A program made the translations under genes and the position numbers. A stretch of DNA of 48,348 nt from Bigelowiella natans CCMP2755 (taxonomy: Eukaryota > Protista > Cercozoa), in contig ADNK01002202.1 in the NCBI GenBank assembly GCA_000320545.1, forward strand, positions 1 through 48,348, in the 5' to 3' direction. A model generated the notes under the pieces. That model was not told the origin of the DNA, made no database searches, and saw only the letters and a program-made list of their open reading frames with translations. How positions within the stretch are numbered: position 1 is the stretch's first letter; every line of letters begins with the position of its first letter. Shown piece by piece: positions 21,159 through 34,819 of this stretch.

Positions 21159-22377
21159 ATGGCCCCTGACACCCGTGTAGTAGTTCTATTCTTTGTTGTT
21201 GAATCTGACGCACTTCCACATGCAAAAAAGGGAATCGGCCATTTGCTATTGGCGGCGTCTCCTGGCCTCGCTCTTCACTGCCACGGGTCGCTCCGTCCCC
21301 AGCAGCTTGCCCATCGGCAGATCCTCTTCGCTGTCATGACCATAACCGTCGTCTTCGTTACAGCTCAATCTCCCCCTTTAACATCGCACCTGTGGTTGAC
21401 CGCTACGAACACAGAAAGCCCATCCCGCACACAAACGCGGCAGTTCTTCCCCCCACGGCCGAATCGCCGCTCGACAACGAGGAAACAGAGAAAGCTGCAA
21501 GTCCTTCAACACCAGCAGCATACTATTCCCCAGCATTGCTGTTTCGGCGTAAGAAACGATGGCTACGAACACCCTTGCACGTCGTATCGGCGTCCGCAGC
21601 GGCAACTCCAGATGCAGATGCAGATGCCGATGCCTTTCGGAGCAAATTCGAAAAAATCGCCAGTAACATGATCAAGTACCAGCCGCCCCCGTCCTCTCCT
21701 TCGCTGATTGATAGGTTGAATAAGGTCAGCATGCCACGCGCAAGCACGCTTGGGCTCCTTTCGCTCAGCACCTATCCCGTATACGCCGAGGGGGGGAAAC
21801 CCTGTTTCAGCACTTACTTTTCTGCCAAAGACGAATAGTGAATAGCGTTGGGGGAAGAAGATCCGAGCGAGTTTGATGACATGAGATCGATCACTTTCAC
21901 GTAAATTAGGTGGTGGATAAAGGTGTCGGAAGCGTGCTGTTGATTCTGACTGCTCTTGCTTCTCTCGTCCTGGCTAACAACCCAGCAACAAGTACCTGTT
22001 CTTTTTTTTTTTAAGAAAACGTTTTGGTCTGCTGATAAGGGCGTGAAATAAGACATGCTGCATCTTCCTCTTCCTCTTCTTTGCAGGTGCTGCCTGGATG
22101 GCCTTTTGGGATACTACTGTTGGGCCTATGCTTGGCGCTCATCAGCTTTCTTGGAAAGGGTAGTGAAGATTCGCCTTTGAAAATGATGACTGTGTGGGGG
22201 GGGGGGGGGGGGGATGGTTTGATGACGAGATTATTCCGAAAAGTCGCTCGTTGACGTCAGTGATTCCTTCTGCGGATGAGAGTTAAGATCGTCGTTTTCC
22301 ATGGGATGTTTTGCGGAGCATGTGCCGTTCTCATCATTGCATCCTCCGTAGTATAGTGTAACATTTCTGCTCCTCTT

Positions 22378-22418
<41 letters not shown>

Positions 22419-22974
22419 TGAGCGTCGTCGTGTGTTGACACAATACGATAATACCTTCTACGCTTCCTCTACCACAATGCATCCTGCCGCAGGTGGATCA
22501 ATGAGGGGTTGATGGCCATTTTCTTCTTCACTGTCGGCTTGGAAATCAAGAAAGAGGTGTGCAAATGTAGCAGTAGTCGTGGTAGCAACGGTATTCTAGT
22601 CCCCCCCCTCCTTCTGCTACTTCTCGTGCTACTACCGATTTCCACTCTGGAGAATGCGGCTTGCTGTCGCGACAGTGGTGATTTTTGGTGACATGTATAT
22701 GCGGGTTAGTCTTGCAAGCGATACCGTACGAATTTCTATCAATCCAATATCACCATACTGAGACAGCGCGCGCGGTGTGCAATTTCCCTCATCACGATGG
22801 GTATATTCTTGCTGGCTGGTTGGTCTTTCTTCACGTTTCTTCGATTGTTCTCTCGTCAGCTCGTCGTTGGTTCTCTCTCAAGCATCAGGACTGCTCTGCT
22901 GCCCTGCATTGCTGCCTTAGGTTGCATAGAGATGATGATGACGATGACGATGATGATGAGTGATGAAGCCTGTT

Positions 22975-23014
<40 letters not shown>

Positions 23015-23335
23015 CTGATTCTGATATCTAAATGAATAGATAGATATATAAAGAAATCTATATATATACATAATAAGGGCATAATATCTACGACAACAAG
23101 CCGCAGCGCATTTTACGTGACCTTTATTGGGAAGAGATCTTCGTTGCATTGTTGTTTCTGGTTGTGGTTTGTGTGAAGCATTCCTCTTCCCCCCCTCTCC
23201 CCTCCCCCTCCTCCTCATTCTCTTTTATCCTTTACGCTTGGTACCTTCCGCAGGGGGTATGATAGCACCGATTCTGTTTTATCTGGCTGTGAATATATTA
23301 CCAGGGGGCAATTTGCAGGTGAAGGGGGGGGGAGT

Positions 23336-23388
<53 letters not shown>

Positions 23389-24645
23389 ACCTGTTCATTC
23401 CTGGCAAAGCACTAATTTTGTTACGTTTCACGCTTTCGAATCACATCATAATCATCATCACCATCATCATCATCATCAACAACAGGGGTGGTCTATTCCA
23501 ATGGCCACGGATATTGCGTTTGCAATGGTGCTGCGTCTAGTATTTTCAGAACAACGCTACATCCTCCCCCTTCCCTCCCCTCCTCTCCCCTGCCTAATAG
23601 ACGAATCATGGGAATGCAATTTTCCCACGAATTTTTACTCTGGCAATGATATCCACCAGCGAGTTATCATCACGAGTAACCTCATATTTCATCATCATCA
23701 TCATCATCGTCGTCGTCATATCGTCATTATCATCACCATCCTCTAATACGCAACGTTGTTGCTGTTATCACTGTGCTCACAGGGGGTCTTTTCGTTCTTT
23801 AAGAACCGCATGCCCCCAAGTGTTTCCCCATTTCTGCTCACGCTGGCTACAGTTGATGATTTGGGTAGTAGTAGTAGTAGTAGTAGCAGTAGTAGCAGTA
23901 GCAGCAGCCGCAGCAGCTAGCAGCACACCAGCAAATAGCATATCGACCCGAAATAATCGAGAGTATATTTAATGGGCAGAGGTTCATCACCATCAACATT
24001 ATCATCATTATCATCGTCATTATCATCATTATTATCATCATCATCATCATCATCACCATCATCCATCCATCAGGTGCTATCTTGGTAATCGCCGTGTGCT
24101 TTGCAAGTCATATCAATCTGCCCTACCTCATGGCCGCCTCTGCCATCACAGCAGCTCTCAATATCCTGGTGAGAAGGACACCTGCTGCAACCAATAATCA
24201 ACAACTCGATCGTGTGAAACGGGAAGAATGGGGAGGGGGGGAAGTGAAAGGGGGGGGGGGGGGAATGCAAATGTCACTATTTCTTCAATGGGGATATATG
24301 GATTATGGATTATTAGGGTCGGCGGATGAGCACAAAGCTCGTCTCTTACGGTGTCCTCGGTGTTGCGTTGTGGTAGGATGCATACACACACAAAACGTAT
24401 TCTATCAAAAGGGAAAATAGGAAGAAACTGTTGTTCTGGGGGGGAGGGGGTCCTTCACTTCTTCTTTTTCCATTTGTCAATGTTGTTGTTGTTGTTGCCG
24501 TCGTGATAGTATGATCTGATGTTCATTTTTTGCATTTTGAAGGTATACTTTGCTTTTGTCCGGGGTGAATGCTGACATTGCGGGAGTTGTCACTGCTATG
24601 GCAATACCTGCAACCAGGGTATAATAAGAGCCTTCACCCCCCCCT

Positions 24646-24690
<45 letters not shown>

Positions 24691-24938
24691 ATGTTGTGTG
24701 TACGTATGTGTGCGTAGTGTATTTCTCCTGAAGCATTTCATTCTCCCACCCCCCCCCCCCTCCCCTCTTAAAAATCCCCCAGGGAATGAGATACACGAAG
24801 AACCCAAGAAAGAGGCGTGATCTTGCTATTGTCGCAAATGCGAACTTGTAATACTATTAGTAGTAGTAGTAGGATTACCCTTTCAAAACGTGTATTTTAG
24901 ACCAAACACACACACACACACCCCCACAAATATAATTT

Positions 24939-24974
<36 letters not shown>

Positions 24975-24976
24975 GG

Positions 24977-25016
<40 letters not shown>

Positions 25017-25602
25017 GTATTCGAAAAAAGAAAGAAAGCGAGAGAAGAAGGAGAGAACTTCGCTAATATTTAGTATTCGGATTACTAATACCCCCCCCCC
25101 CCCCCCCGCCCGATGTGGCAGGTGCGATTGGGTTTACCATGTCGTTGTTCTTGACGGAGGCTGCTCTTACCGGAGTAGCCGCACAGAGTGCGAAGGTTGT
25201 GGCAGGCACCGGCGGTGCTAAGTAGCGGCGCTGAGAGAAGAATGTTTCAACTCCCCTGCATTTGACAAATGATGATGACGAGTTGTATTTTCGGGCATGG
25301 TTCAATGTCCGAACCTCTAAAAACGCTATCATGATGCAGTGAGCGGGGAGAAGGAGATCAGATCATTCAGACGCAAACAACCTGTCCTTTAAAAAAACCT
25401 CCTGTCGCTTGTGCACGCTTAGATCGGCATTTTCATCTCCTCTTTGCTGGCGGTTATCGGCGGGTCCATTTACATGCGGAGTTTCCCCATTTTCGATCCG
25501 AACAAGATGCTCTTCACAGACACGGAGCGCAAGAAGAATGGAGGGTATGTCCCGTGCGTAGCAAGTAGGGAGGCCTTCGCTTACAAGTTGTTTTTTTCGT
25601 AA
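21159..25602 (+). CDS. nhaA: NhaA-type Na+/H+ antiporter with a long N-terminal (possibly organelle-targeting) extension; multi-exon, start and end approximate
   Basis: Exons encode GVGSVLLILTALASLVLANN (~21910-21990), WINEGLMAIFFFTVGLEIKKE (~22493-22556), LPCIAALG/GMIAP, GWSIPMATDIAFAM, FLLTLATVDDL/GAILVIA, SGVNADIAGVV, IGFTMSLF (~25126-25150) and IGIFISSLLAVIGG (25423 onward). Confidence 0.9.
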
Positions 25603-26019
25603 ATCTTTGATAGATCGGGTCCCGAGGAACATAACTCGGATTTAAACAGTACAAATAGCACTGCGGTGCAAAAGGATGATCATGGCGACGCTCCTCCATC
25701 TGTGGCGGCTTCCTAGATATTTCAAGAATAGAATTCCTCCGTTTATCTCCTGTTGAATTTGTAATCGCATCGAATGCGAAATCTTGAGTAGAATTTAGTG
25801 CTGTGCTATCACGCTATGATATGCTCATAAATTTACAAACCCTTTCTTGTTCAAGATTCAATGCAATACATCATCATGCTAGCATGACTGATGATAGAAA
25901 GAAACATAATTAATTGCAAGAAATATTTGTTAATGAGTTGAACGTCCAGAACATTGTGAAAAGCAAAATCTACGTTGTTTTAATCTGTAACAATCCACCT
26001 GGTCAATAGTAGAGGTTGC

Positions 26020-26470
26020 ATGAATTCATGACATGCCGCCAGCTACTCATTTCGTGCTGAGCAATCCTAGACACACATTTGTGTGCAAAGCAGAGCTTGG
26101 CTCACGTCGTGTGCAAGCGCAAACACTCTGCTCATTGACATCTACGACAAGTGGGCTAGTGGGGCTGGCTAGCTGGCGCGGTTTGAGCCGAATCTAGCGA
26201 ATTGCAATCTAAAGTCATGCTAGCTGTCTAGCTGTGTGTTGCTAGCTAGCTAGCTAGCTAGCAGTCTAGCAGTTAGGCTACGCTCCCCAACCTACCAGCT
26301 AGCCAGTCTACATCTTACCGTTCGGTCATGCTAGCATGTGTGCACTTCTGACCTGCTAACTTGCTAGCTTGATCTAGAGATGTCTAGATGCACAAAACAG
26401 AATGCGCCGGTGCCATCCGTGCAAAATGATTTGGCAAGTTACGCAATGGAAACAACCGCGGCTGACAAGC
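26020..26470. other. CTAG-rich, partly TpA-depleted island between convergent NhaA and K+ channel 3' ends
   Basis: (GCTA)n run at 26241-26262, many CTAG, and few other TpA in 26030-26210. Confidence 0.8.
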
Positions 26471-26851
26471 CAGGTAATCAATGGATGTGCCATTGATAGC
26501 AATTGCGCATTGTTTGTGTATCACAGTCTGTCACACACGCAATTAGCACGGAGCATTATGGTCGTAGTGCTCTTATCTAGTTATTTCAAAATCTCTAATA
26601 GCAACGTATCACCTTGCGTTAGATGCAATAGAAACGTTGACAACATTTATAAATTCTAACGTATGACGCAACGATAATTCATGAAATCTGTACAGCCGTA
26701 ATTTTGCAATTTGCTGCTAAATTAAATGCTTCATTTGAGCGATATTTAATGTACATGGCGTCGAGGTAATCAATAAAATAATCTTTCATAAGATCCTCTG
26801 CCGACCCTGCCATTTATCTTAACCAATGGGTTGTGGGTTGCTATCCGTATC

Positions 26852-29800
26852 TCAGGACGATGGCCCTAGCACTGGAGATTCAGATTCCAACGTGGTGTCA
26901 TCGGACAGAGAATTGGTTTTATTTCCTGAAATACTTTCATTTTTATGTGATATCGTCACTGGGAGTGGTGCTGGATCTATCACACGTCCTGTTTCGTGCT
27001 GATTAATGACTGTCTCACGGCATTCCCGCGAACGACCCCGACGGCGAACAAGAGATGCAGATGGGAGGCTGTTGGATCTCGAATGGCTTTTACTTTTCGA
27101 TTTCTTCAAAGCATGCACGATTTCATCTTGTTTTGATTTCTTGGCCTGAAACGAGAAAAAAAGTGACTATTGAATACACAAATATAGGACATAAGCTTTC
27201 ACGAACCGAATGCAAAGGCGTACTTCCCCAACGATCCTTCACGTCAGCACTTGCCTTGTGTTCCAATAGTAGTTTGCACATTTGCAGATTTCCATCAGCT
27301 GCTGCTATGTGAAGACCTGTGCGATAATCATAATCTCTAACATTTGGACTAGCACGAGCGCTTAAGAGTCGCCTTAGTTTTGCGACATCTCCCTGATGTG
27401 TCACATTACATAAGTATTCTCCTCTGTTTTTTAACCGAAGTTGGGCTCCATGGGATAATAAAACTTTGAGAACTCCATCACGGCCATTTTCTACAGCTTC
27501 AAGTAGTGGAGTCCTCCCAATATGGTCTTCACAAGACATGTTTGCTTTATACTTGATTAACAACTGTAAGAGGAGAATTAGAAAATTAAATTGAAGACTT
27601 CTGTTCAATAGATGTTACGAAATCTCACCTTTACAACATCCAGATTTCCCTTGGCAGCAGCAAGATGTAGAGGAACTCTTTTGTCATAGTCTCCGACGTT
27701 TACAATATTTTCCATGCCTTGAAGTGCACGTTCTAGTTGACGTGAATTATTTGATGAGGCTAACTGACACATATGGGAAGCAATATTGTGTTCGCAGTGT
27801 TCCTTAAACGCAATCACGCTCTGCCGTGTCTCATCTGCTATATGTTGGAATGAAAACAAAGGGCTTGTAATTTGCAACTTCCGGACTCTTCCCTGAAAAA
27901 ATTCGCATTTTACATGGAAGTCAGATAAAATGGTAATTGAATCTACCCGCCCAAAGGGCCCTTTTTTTGACCTCCTTAAGAATCTAATTCTCTCCTCCGG
28001 ACGAAGAGTTTGTAGCTGTGACGCAGGACGGCTCTTTAGATCGTCTGTTGTCAACGAATTAAATGATTTCCATTCAGTAAGCTGCCTAGTTTTACTTTCA
28101 TCGGGGACTGTGGACACTTTTGGAGTCTGATTTGCCTGAATCGCATCGTCCTCCCCAACTGGTGTTGAAGAAGGTAACGTTGGGGTTGATGTTGCTATGT
28201 TTGCATTATCATTTTCTCCGTTAATTTGCCTCCTTCGCAGAAGCTTATTTGGCTCTTTTTCTGTCAATGGATTTCTTCGAGATTTGAAGACTTCCATTTC
28301 ATTTTCCTTTGCTAATCCAGATCTGTCATATCTCTTTGGGGACGTTCCCCGATAGATCGTTCTGGCATATTTATGTGATAAGTAATAACAATGGCATGAA
28401 AGAAACATATAACCTTAGGAATGTTTTCCCCTTCCTTTTGTCTAACGAGCTGAACCCCGAAGTATGACCACTATTTGCATCCTCATACGTTTCTCGTCTG
28501 CTTGTATGTCTGCTTCCTTGTCTGCTTCCTTGTCTGCTTCCTTGTCTGCTACCATACCTTTTCCCAATTCTTCTCTGTTTTGGGGAAGGCATCCACAGAA
28601 TTAAATTCAGATGCCATAGTACTTTGAGGAAAATAAAGTATCAAAATACTCACACAGGCGGCGATTGAATCCCTCAGGCAGCGTAATCTTTGGACTATAT
28701 TTGATACGACGTGTAGACCATCCAATGCGAAAACATTTTCAAGCTCTCGTTTGAAGCCTTCTTCGATTTTTAAAATAATAGAACTTTCCCTGACCCGAAT
28801 CTGTAATTTTAATTCGATCATGAAACATTCTTACGAACAAACAAAAAGTACTTGTCAAGTTAGGTTTGCTTTATGACTGATTACAGTAAATGGCTGATGT
28901 CCACCAGCAAAGAAACCTTCAGATCCAAAGTGCCCTCCTGGCCGTATGATAGCACAAGATTCCTATTGTTTGTGTTTGTGGTTTTCAATATCATATGAAT
29001 CTTTGGCATTATTGAAGAATCTTTACCTCTTTTGATTCATCTCGACTATGCCTCTTTGAAGCATCACCTGGTGTTAAGATCTCGCACTCTCCTTTGACAA
29101 GGATATAGAAGGCACAACCGTAATCTCCACGCTGGATTATTTTCATACCCTATCAAACAATTCAATATAATATGTGCCAGAGACGCAAAGTTTTCATATA
29201 TTACCGCCATGAAAAGTTCCTCTTTTACATAGGCAAGGAGGTTCTCGCCAAAATTAGCACTTACTCCATGAAAAATATCTATTGAATTAATCATATCATG
29301 GAACCGTGCACATCGAATCTTCATTCGTACTGCAGCCGGAAGGACATCCATGGCTTCTTGTCCGCGTGCAAATTTCAAACTCTCTTGTAACTGAAGGAAG
29401 CCTAACACCTAGTTGAAATATTGATTGTCATAAAGGGGGAAAATTTTTTGTCCAGAAACCAACCTTACGCTGTAATCCTTTTGGAACTTGAGACCTTCGT
29501 AAGAACTTAGCTATATCGTCAAGATGTTCTCTCCATTGTCCTACCTTAGAATCAGGTCGAGATACTAGGAAAGTAATCTGTCCAATAAGATATGACGTTA
29601 TTCCTAGATTGGTCATCATGTAGAGCACCGCCCTAGAATGAAGCACAGAGACTGTGAGACAAAATTCAATCATCTGAATATTTCTGTATTTATATAATCA
29701 GGTACCAAGCGCGCTCTTGGACATTTTGTGGAGCAAAATCTGCATAGCCCACAGTCGTAAACGTGGTTACTGCAAAATATAGCGAGGTCGTATATCTGGT

Positions 29801-30560
29801 ACCAAGGGACTCATTCTCAAGCCCTATTGCACTAGCCCCAACCCAGGTGTTTTCACCGAAACCTTCTTGACGAGCGAATTCGTAGAAAATGCATGCCGCC
29901 CAATGAGTGTTAAAGGTCATCATCATCACGTATTTAAGGAATGAGACTACAAAGTAGTTAAATAGTCTGCTTTTTTCCATGGCTGTAAGAAGTGGGAAAA
30001 ATCGTCGAAGCCTAAGAAGTCGGAATAGCTGGAGCAAAGATAGGTAAGGTCCATCGACTACTCTTTCGAAAGGAAATATTGACAGTATATCCACCGCGAA
30101 GTAGGTTGTTAAATATTTACGCGCTAGGACTCGGTGTTCTGTAATTCGAAGGCCGTGGGTCTCCAAAGAGACGAAAAAAGTCATTATAATGTCGATGTAA
30201 AACAAAACATCGAATGAAATTTCTAAGTTGTCGCCCTCCCTATCCTCTAAGAAAGCCATGGCAAGAGGTGTGACGATCGCAGATATGAGGGACAACAATG
30301 CAATCTGAGTTGGAAAAACTTGAGTCAGTGGAATACAAGTTCTAAATTTCTTCAGTTCCTTTCGGGAGTGCATTTCAAAGATTAAGTTCCTCTCGACCTA
30401 CCAGAGTCCACCATGATAAATAGAAGGGACCATCATGATGTACAATGAAATCGGTGAAAAAACTTGATCCTTTGCTTTCATCCTCATCATCTGAACTGTC
30501 CAGACTATTTCTCATAATCACTTCCAAATAATCCGCATCAGCGAGAGCGCCGTCCACCAT
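26852..30560 (-). CDS. Plant-type Shaker/AKT-like K+ channel (6TM + pore, cyclic-nucleotide-binding domain, ankyrin repeats); multi-exon
   Basis: S4 segment LLQLFRLLRLRR; pore YTTSLYFAVTTFTTVGYAD; S6 YMMTNLGITSYLIGQIT; C-linker/CNBD segment (IDIFHGVSANF...KEELFM); ankyrin repeats DYDKRVPLHLAAAKG, DHIGRTPLLEAV, DYDYRTGLHIAAADG and DRWGSTPLH. Short AT-rich introns. Confidence 0.93.
28507..28552 (-). repeat. 12-bp coding tandem repeat (GSRQ)x3 + GSRH in the K+ channel
   Basis: tgtctgcttcct repeated; the ORF track reads YGSRQGSRQGSRQGSRH. Confidence 0.85.
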
Positions 30561-31428
30561 GGAACCACTCTCCCGCTCGATAGTATTCTATATTTGTTGG
30601 AAAAGGAATTACGTACGTTAGGCTACCAGTAGGGTTCACGCGCACAACAGACTACCTCCATCGGATCCTAAATTGATGGTGCCCTAAGGGTTTCCTTCGA
30701 CTTTCGAAGAATAAGACTTAAAAACAGGGCAATTTAGCTACCGCGACAAGTATCATCCGCTGTCGGATTACGACTCTGGGCCCGCCTGCAAATGGCACGT
30801 GATGTTTGAGAACTTCCATTCTTGGGTCGGAGCTTCAACCGTTTGTGCTGCATTTTGGGAAGAAACCGCCTGCGTTTCATGAAGTATGAAATGACTTAAT
30901 TATCCATTTTGAGTATCGGGGATCCCCGTATTTCGTGCACTAACCGCCGAGCGGACAATAACTGATGCCACTGGGACAGAGCGCATGGAGGAGAATCAAT
31001 CCCCCAAAAGGGTTGCTGCTTCCATCGGTTTGATTTGCTTTTCCTGTAAGAGACTGAGGGCATTTCCTCTTTCTGGGGAAATTGCCTTCGGGCGAAGCTC
31101 AAGTCGGTAAAAACGTTGCACGTGCAAGGCGTGCTGCAAGCTACTGACCTTACCTTTGGGCACACTGTCCTCCAACTATGGTGTTGGGCGTGCTTCTCGG
31201 AATGTTACTTGGGTCCCCTTTGTTACAAGCGATACCACTGGGCCCTCCGTAAGAATTTACAGAGAATAGTTCTTTCTGTGGCTGTTACTGATTTAAAAAA
31301 AAATCATTTCGCTCTATTACATCTTAGTAATTTGGACTCAGTGGTCGCTCAACCGGAACTTGTTTCTCCTCAAGTAAGTTACACGCACACAGTGTTGGTT
31401 CCATTCTGACATTAGTAACATTTAGAGT

Positions 31429-34400
31429 TTGGTGAGAATAATTGCATTTGCAATACCTGCTCCTGAAGCTCCATTTAATAACAACGACGACGACGACGAA
31501 GGCAGCGATGACGACGATGACGAGGATATCGACGATATTCTTTCATATTCTTGGACTAGCAACGTTGCTGGTCTAGAACTTGAACCAGAGCCTTCTCTAA
31601 CTTTTCCAGCTTCGCTGCTTGCTGGGGGGGCTGGATCATATATTTTCACAGTCACAGTCACGGATACACGCCAACCCAGTCTCCAATCAACGGTAATATA
31701 CATTTGAAGGGATACAATTCGTGGTCTCTTACACTATAATAACTCTAGGGCTCAGTCACTGTGACATTATTTGATTTCCCGACAATTTCTGCATTCTCAA
31801 TCGCTCCGACAAATGGGATAGCATACACAGACATATTTACCGGAACTGTGGATGCAGCAGGCAGCATGCCTCTTTTTTATTTATTTAGGGACACTCTTAC
31901 AGGAGATCCTTTGTCAACTTTTGATTTGGACTCTACCATTGAGTTTGTTGTCTCACCTGGATTCAGACCAATATCGGTAACAATACGAGACTCTGTGGGA
32001 GGAGAACAAACGGCGATGTCAAATCCTATAAATGTGACAGGCCAGATAGTTCCACAACTAGATTCTCTTCCACAATTAGATTCTCTTTGCATCCAAGTTT
32101 CAACCATCTTCAATGATATGTTAACACTTCTGAACAGCGTTGAGATAGCTTTGGGGAAAAGTCCTACTCAGTCTCTGGAACCACTTCTCGACGGTGGAAT
32201 ATTGCTGCAAGAGACGCTTTCAGATGCAACACAAGCGATGGAATATGACTTGGGATTTAGAACTTCACTTTTTTTTATTGACCTACTTCAGTTAGTCCCT
32301 TTTTCTACAGAACCTATTTCAAGCTGTTCAACGACGCTCGGGATCAACGGTAGTCAGCTTAATGGAACTGTTGCATCTATATCCAGGATCCTGTGGGAAG
32401 TAGTTGTAGACGAGCTTCGTGAATCAATAGAGGCAGATCCTGGAGTAGAAGGTCGGAAACTCGAGATGCTTCTTCAGGTTTGACGAACATATTTCATTAT
32501 ATAATTGTACACATTATGATACTTAACGATAGGAATTAGCACTATGATTTCGTAACAATGTGTTTTTTATGCTTAAATGCTCCCCTTTCTTCAACTCCCA
32601 GAACCTCGATTCGTTGGTGAACAATACATATCGGGTTCCTTCTCTCAATATCGTAGCTGACTTTGCGACAATGCTGAATGTAACCGTCGCAACAACGACA
32701 CCTTCGCTCATCGTGGACACATTTCTTGGGATACGCTTAGCACAGACATCTTCAAATCTACTTGCAATGGCTATTGGTTTAACAAATGAAGGCAGCGATC
32801 TAGACTGTTCAAGCCTAGACTTCTCTCTGGCATACTTCGATGAGGTCTGACCTCCATAGAGTAGTAGTATTAGTAGAGTAGTAGTAGTAGTAGTAGTGGT
32901 GGTGGTTGAAGTATAGACTAAACTCGCTAACTGATGCAAAATACGAACAAATCTTAGATGTTAGAGCAAGCCGGAAACGCACTCGCTCCTCTGGACTTAG
33001 CGTATGGAATTCAATCGCCAATTGTACAGGCCGTGACATCCAATGTATTCAGCGATGGCAGCAATTATGGAACTGAATTAGCTTCGGGAGTTCAGGTGGC
33101 TGTGTCGTCGCCACCTGGCTTATCTCTAATAGATGTTACTGGGCAAGGAGAAAGAACAACAGAGATTCTAACCATAGCTACACTTCCTACTATTTCTTCT
33201 TCATCTCCATGTCGACAGCCATTACCTGGTTTCATCCCACGTACGTCCCTGACCAGCGTCACTTCCACAGGGGATGTATCTAGTGGCGTCACGATCACTT
33301 TCCCAGGCTTAGTTCCTTCTGAAGGAACCGAGCTTACCTGCCAGTTTTGGGATGTGGCTGCTCAGAGCTTTAGTTCAGAGGGGTGCATCACCATATTCAA
33401 TGCGAATGGGCAAAATGTACAATGCATCTGCAACCATCTTACCCAATTTGCGGTATTTGAGTCTCAAGCCACTGGAGAGGAACCATCGCTTGCAAAGCAA
33501 GCTATATTTGTAGCAGTTGCTGGCTCTTTCTTCTTCCTTATCTTATCTATTTGTATGACGGCGTACCAGATCCAGTCTAAGAAAAAGCGCTTCGACAATT
33601 TGAAGATGACGTTTCTTCTCTTCCAATGCCTGTCTAGTATTCCCCTTAGTCTTTTGTTATCTGGCTACATTGATGGATTTAGAATTTCAGATGTAACGCC
33701 GATTGTGTTGGTTATTGTATTTTCTACACCTCATACTTTGCAGTGGGGCAGTTACATCATCTCTTTGTATCAGTGGGCTGTGATAAATTACAATGTTGGG
33801 ACACAACAGAGCATGCTAAAAGAACTCTCGGATATATTTTCTGAGTACATCTGGTCGGTATACCTGAGCCTTTTTGCAGTTGTTGCGTTAGTCTGGCTTA
33901 GTTTCTCCATTTTCTTCTTCTATATAAATAATCCGATTCGAGTCGTTGGACCAATAGTTCAATTTTTACTTAAAGTCGGATTTGCGGTCGGCATAGTACA
34001 TATTGGACGACAGACAAAAGAAATTATGGATCAATTGACTCATGCAGAAGCACTGAAGGGGAGAATCCAGGCCGTATCTGTTTACATTAAGATTCATAGC
34101 TACTTGTTACTAAGTCAAAGCGTAATTCTTGTGGCAGCTGCAGCAGTTGCATTTGATTCAAATGCTCTCATCCTGTCACTTGTAATTTGGTACGTTGCTG
34201 ATATACTGTTGGTTGTCCTGCAGATTGATTTTTTAAGAGGATTATCACTGCTGAAAGGCGCGATAGACGTCACGCACACAGTAAAGAGATCAGTCACGAA
34301 AAGTAGAAATGTCTCCGGAACAAAGGGCAATGTTCAACTGAGTTTGGAATTGGCAACCGATGAGGAAAACAAAAATAGAGATGCTGACATATCAAGAGTC

Positions 34401-34679
34401 AGGAGTAAGAAAAAGAGTGTGGATTCAGTACCTTCTACTGCGGATGGGTCTATGACACGGGCGGGACCACCACATACGCCGAATGACAGCTTTGCTTTGA
34501 TAAAAACAGGTGCAACATCTACTTATTCTATCTCACCTGCAAGTGTGCAGAATTCTCGAACCCCTTCATCCGATCATTCGCTACTTCATTATAACTCGTC
34601 GCGTACTGAGGATCGAATTCGCCGCGATCTAAGAAAGAAAAATGTAGGGCATCTTGTGATAGAGCATGCAGTTGATTGA
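31429..34679 (+). CDS. REJ/PKD-like ectodomain + GPS (GAIN) + ~7TM receptor, adhesion-GPCR/polycystin-like; 5' end uncertain (possibly ~30800)
   Basis: YSWTSN...SLTFPASLL...YIFTVTVTD and FSIAPTNGIAYTDIF...PLFYLF look REJ-like. The GPS motif CQFWDVAAQSFSSEGC...CICNHLTQFAVF is followed by about 7 hydrophobic segments and a Ser/Lys-rich tail. Exons ~31429-31690, 31750-32477, 32530-32844, 32958-34679. Confidence 0.85.
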
Positions 34680-34819
34680 GAACACACAACTATTCATGAA
34701 TATTACATACAAAATATTATCCGACATTTTGATGGTGGTAAAGCTGTACATTTTTAGCGTCGTGTCAAGATGTAGTGCAATCGTCCAAACAGCGCATGAA
34801 ACTACGATGAGGGGTATCT

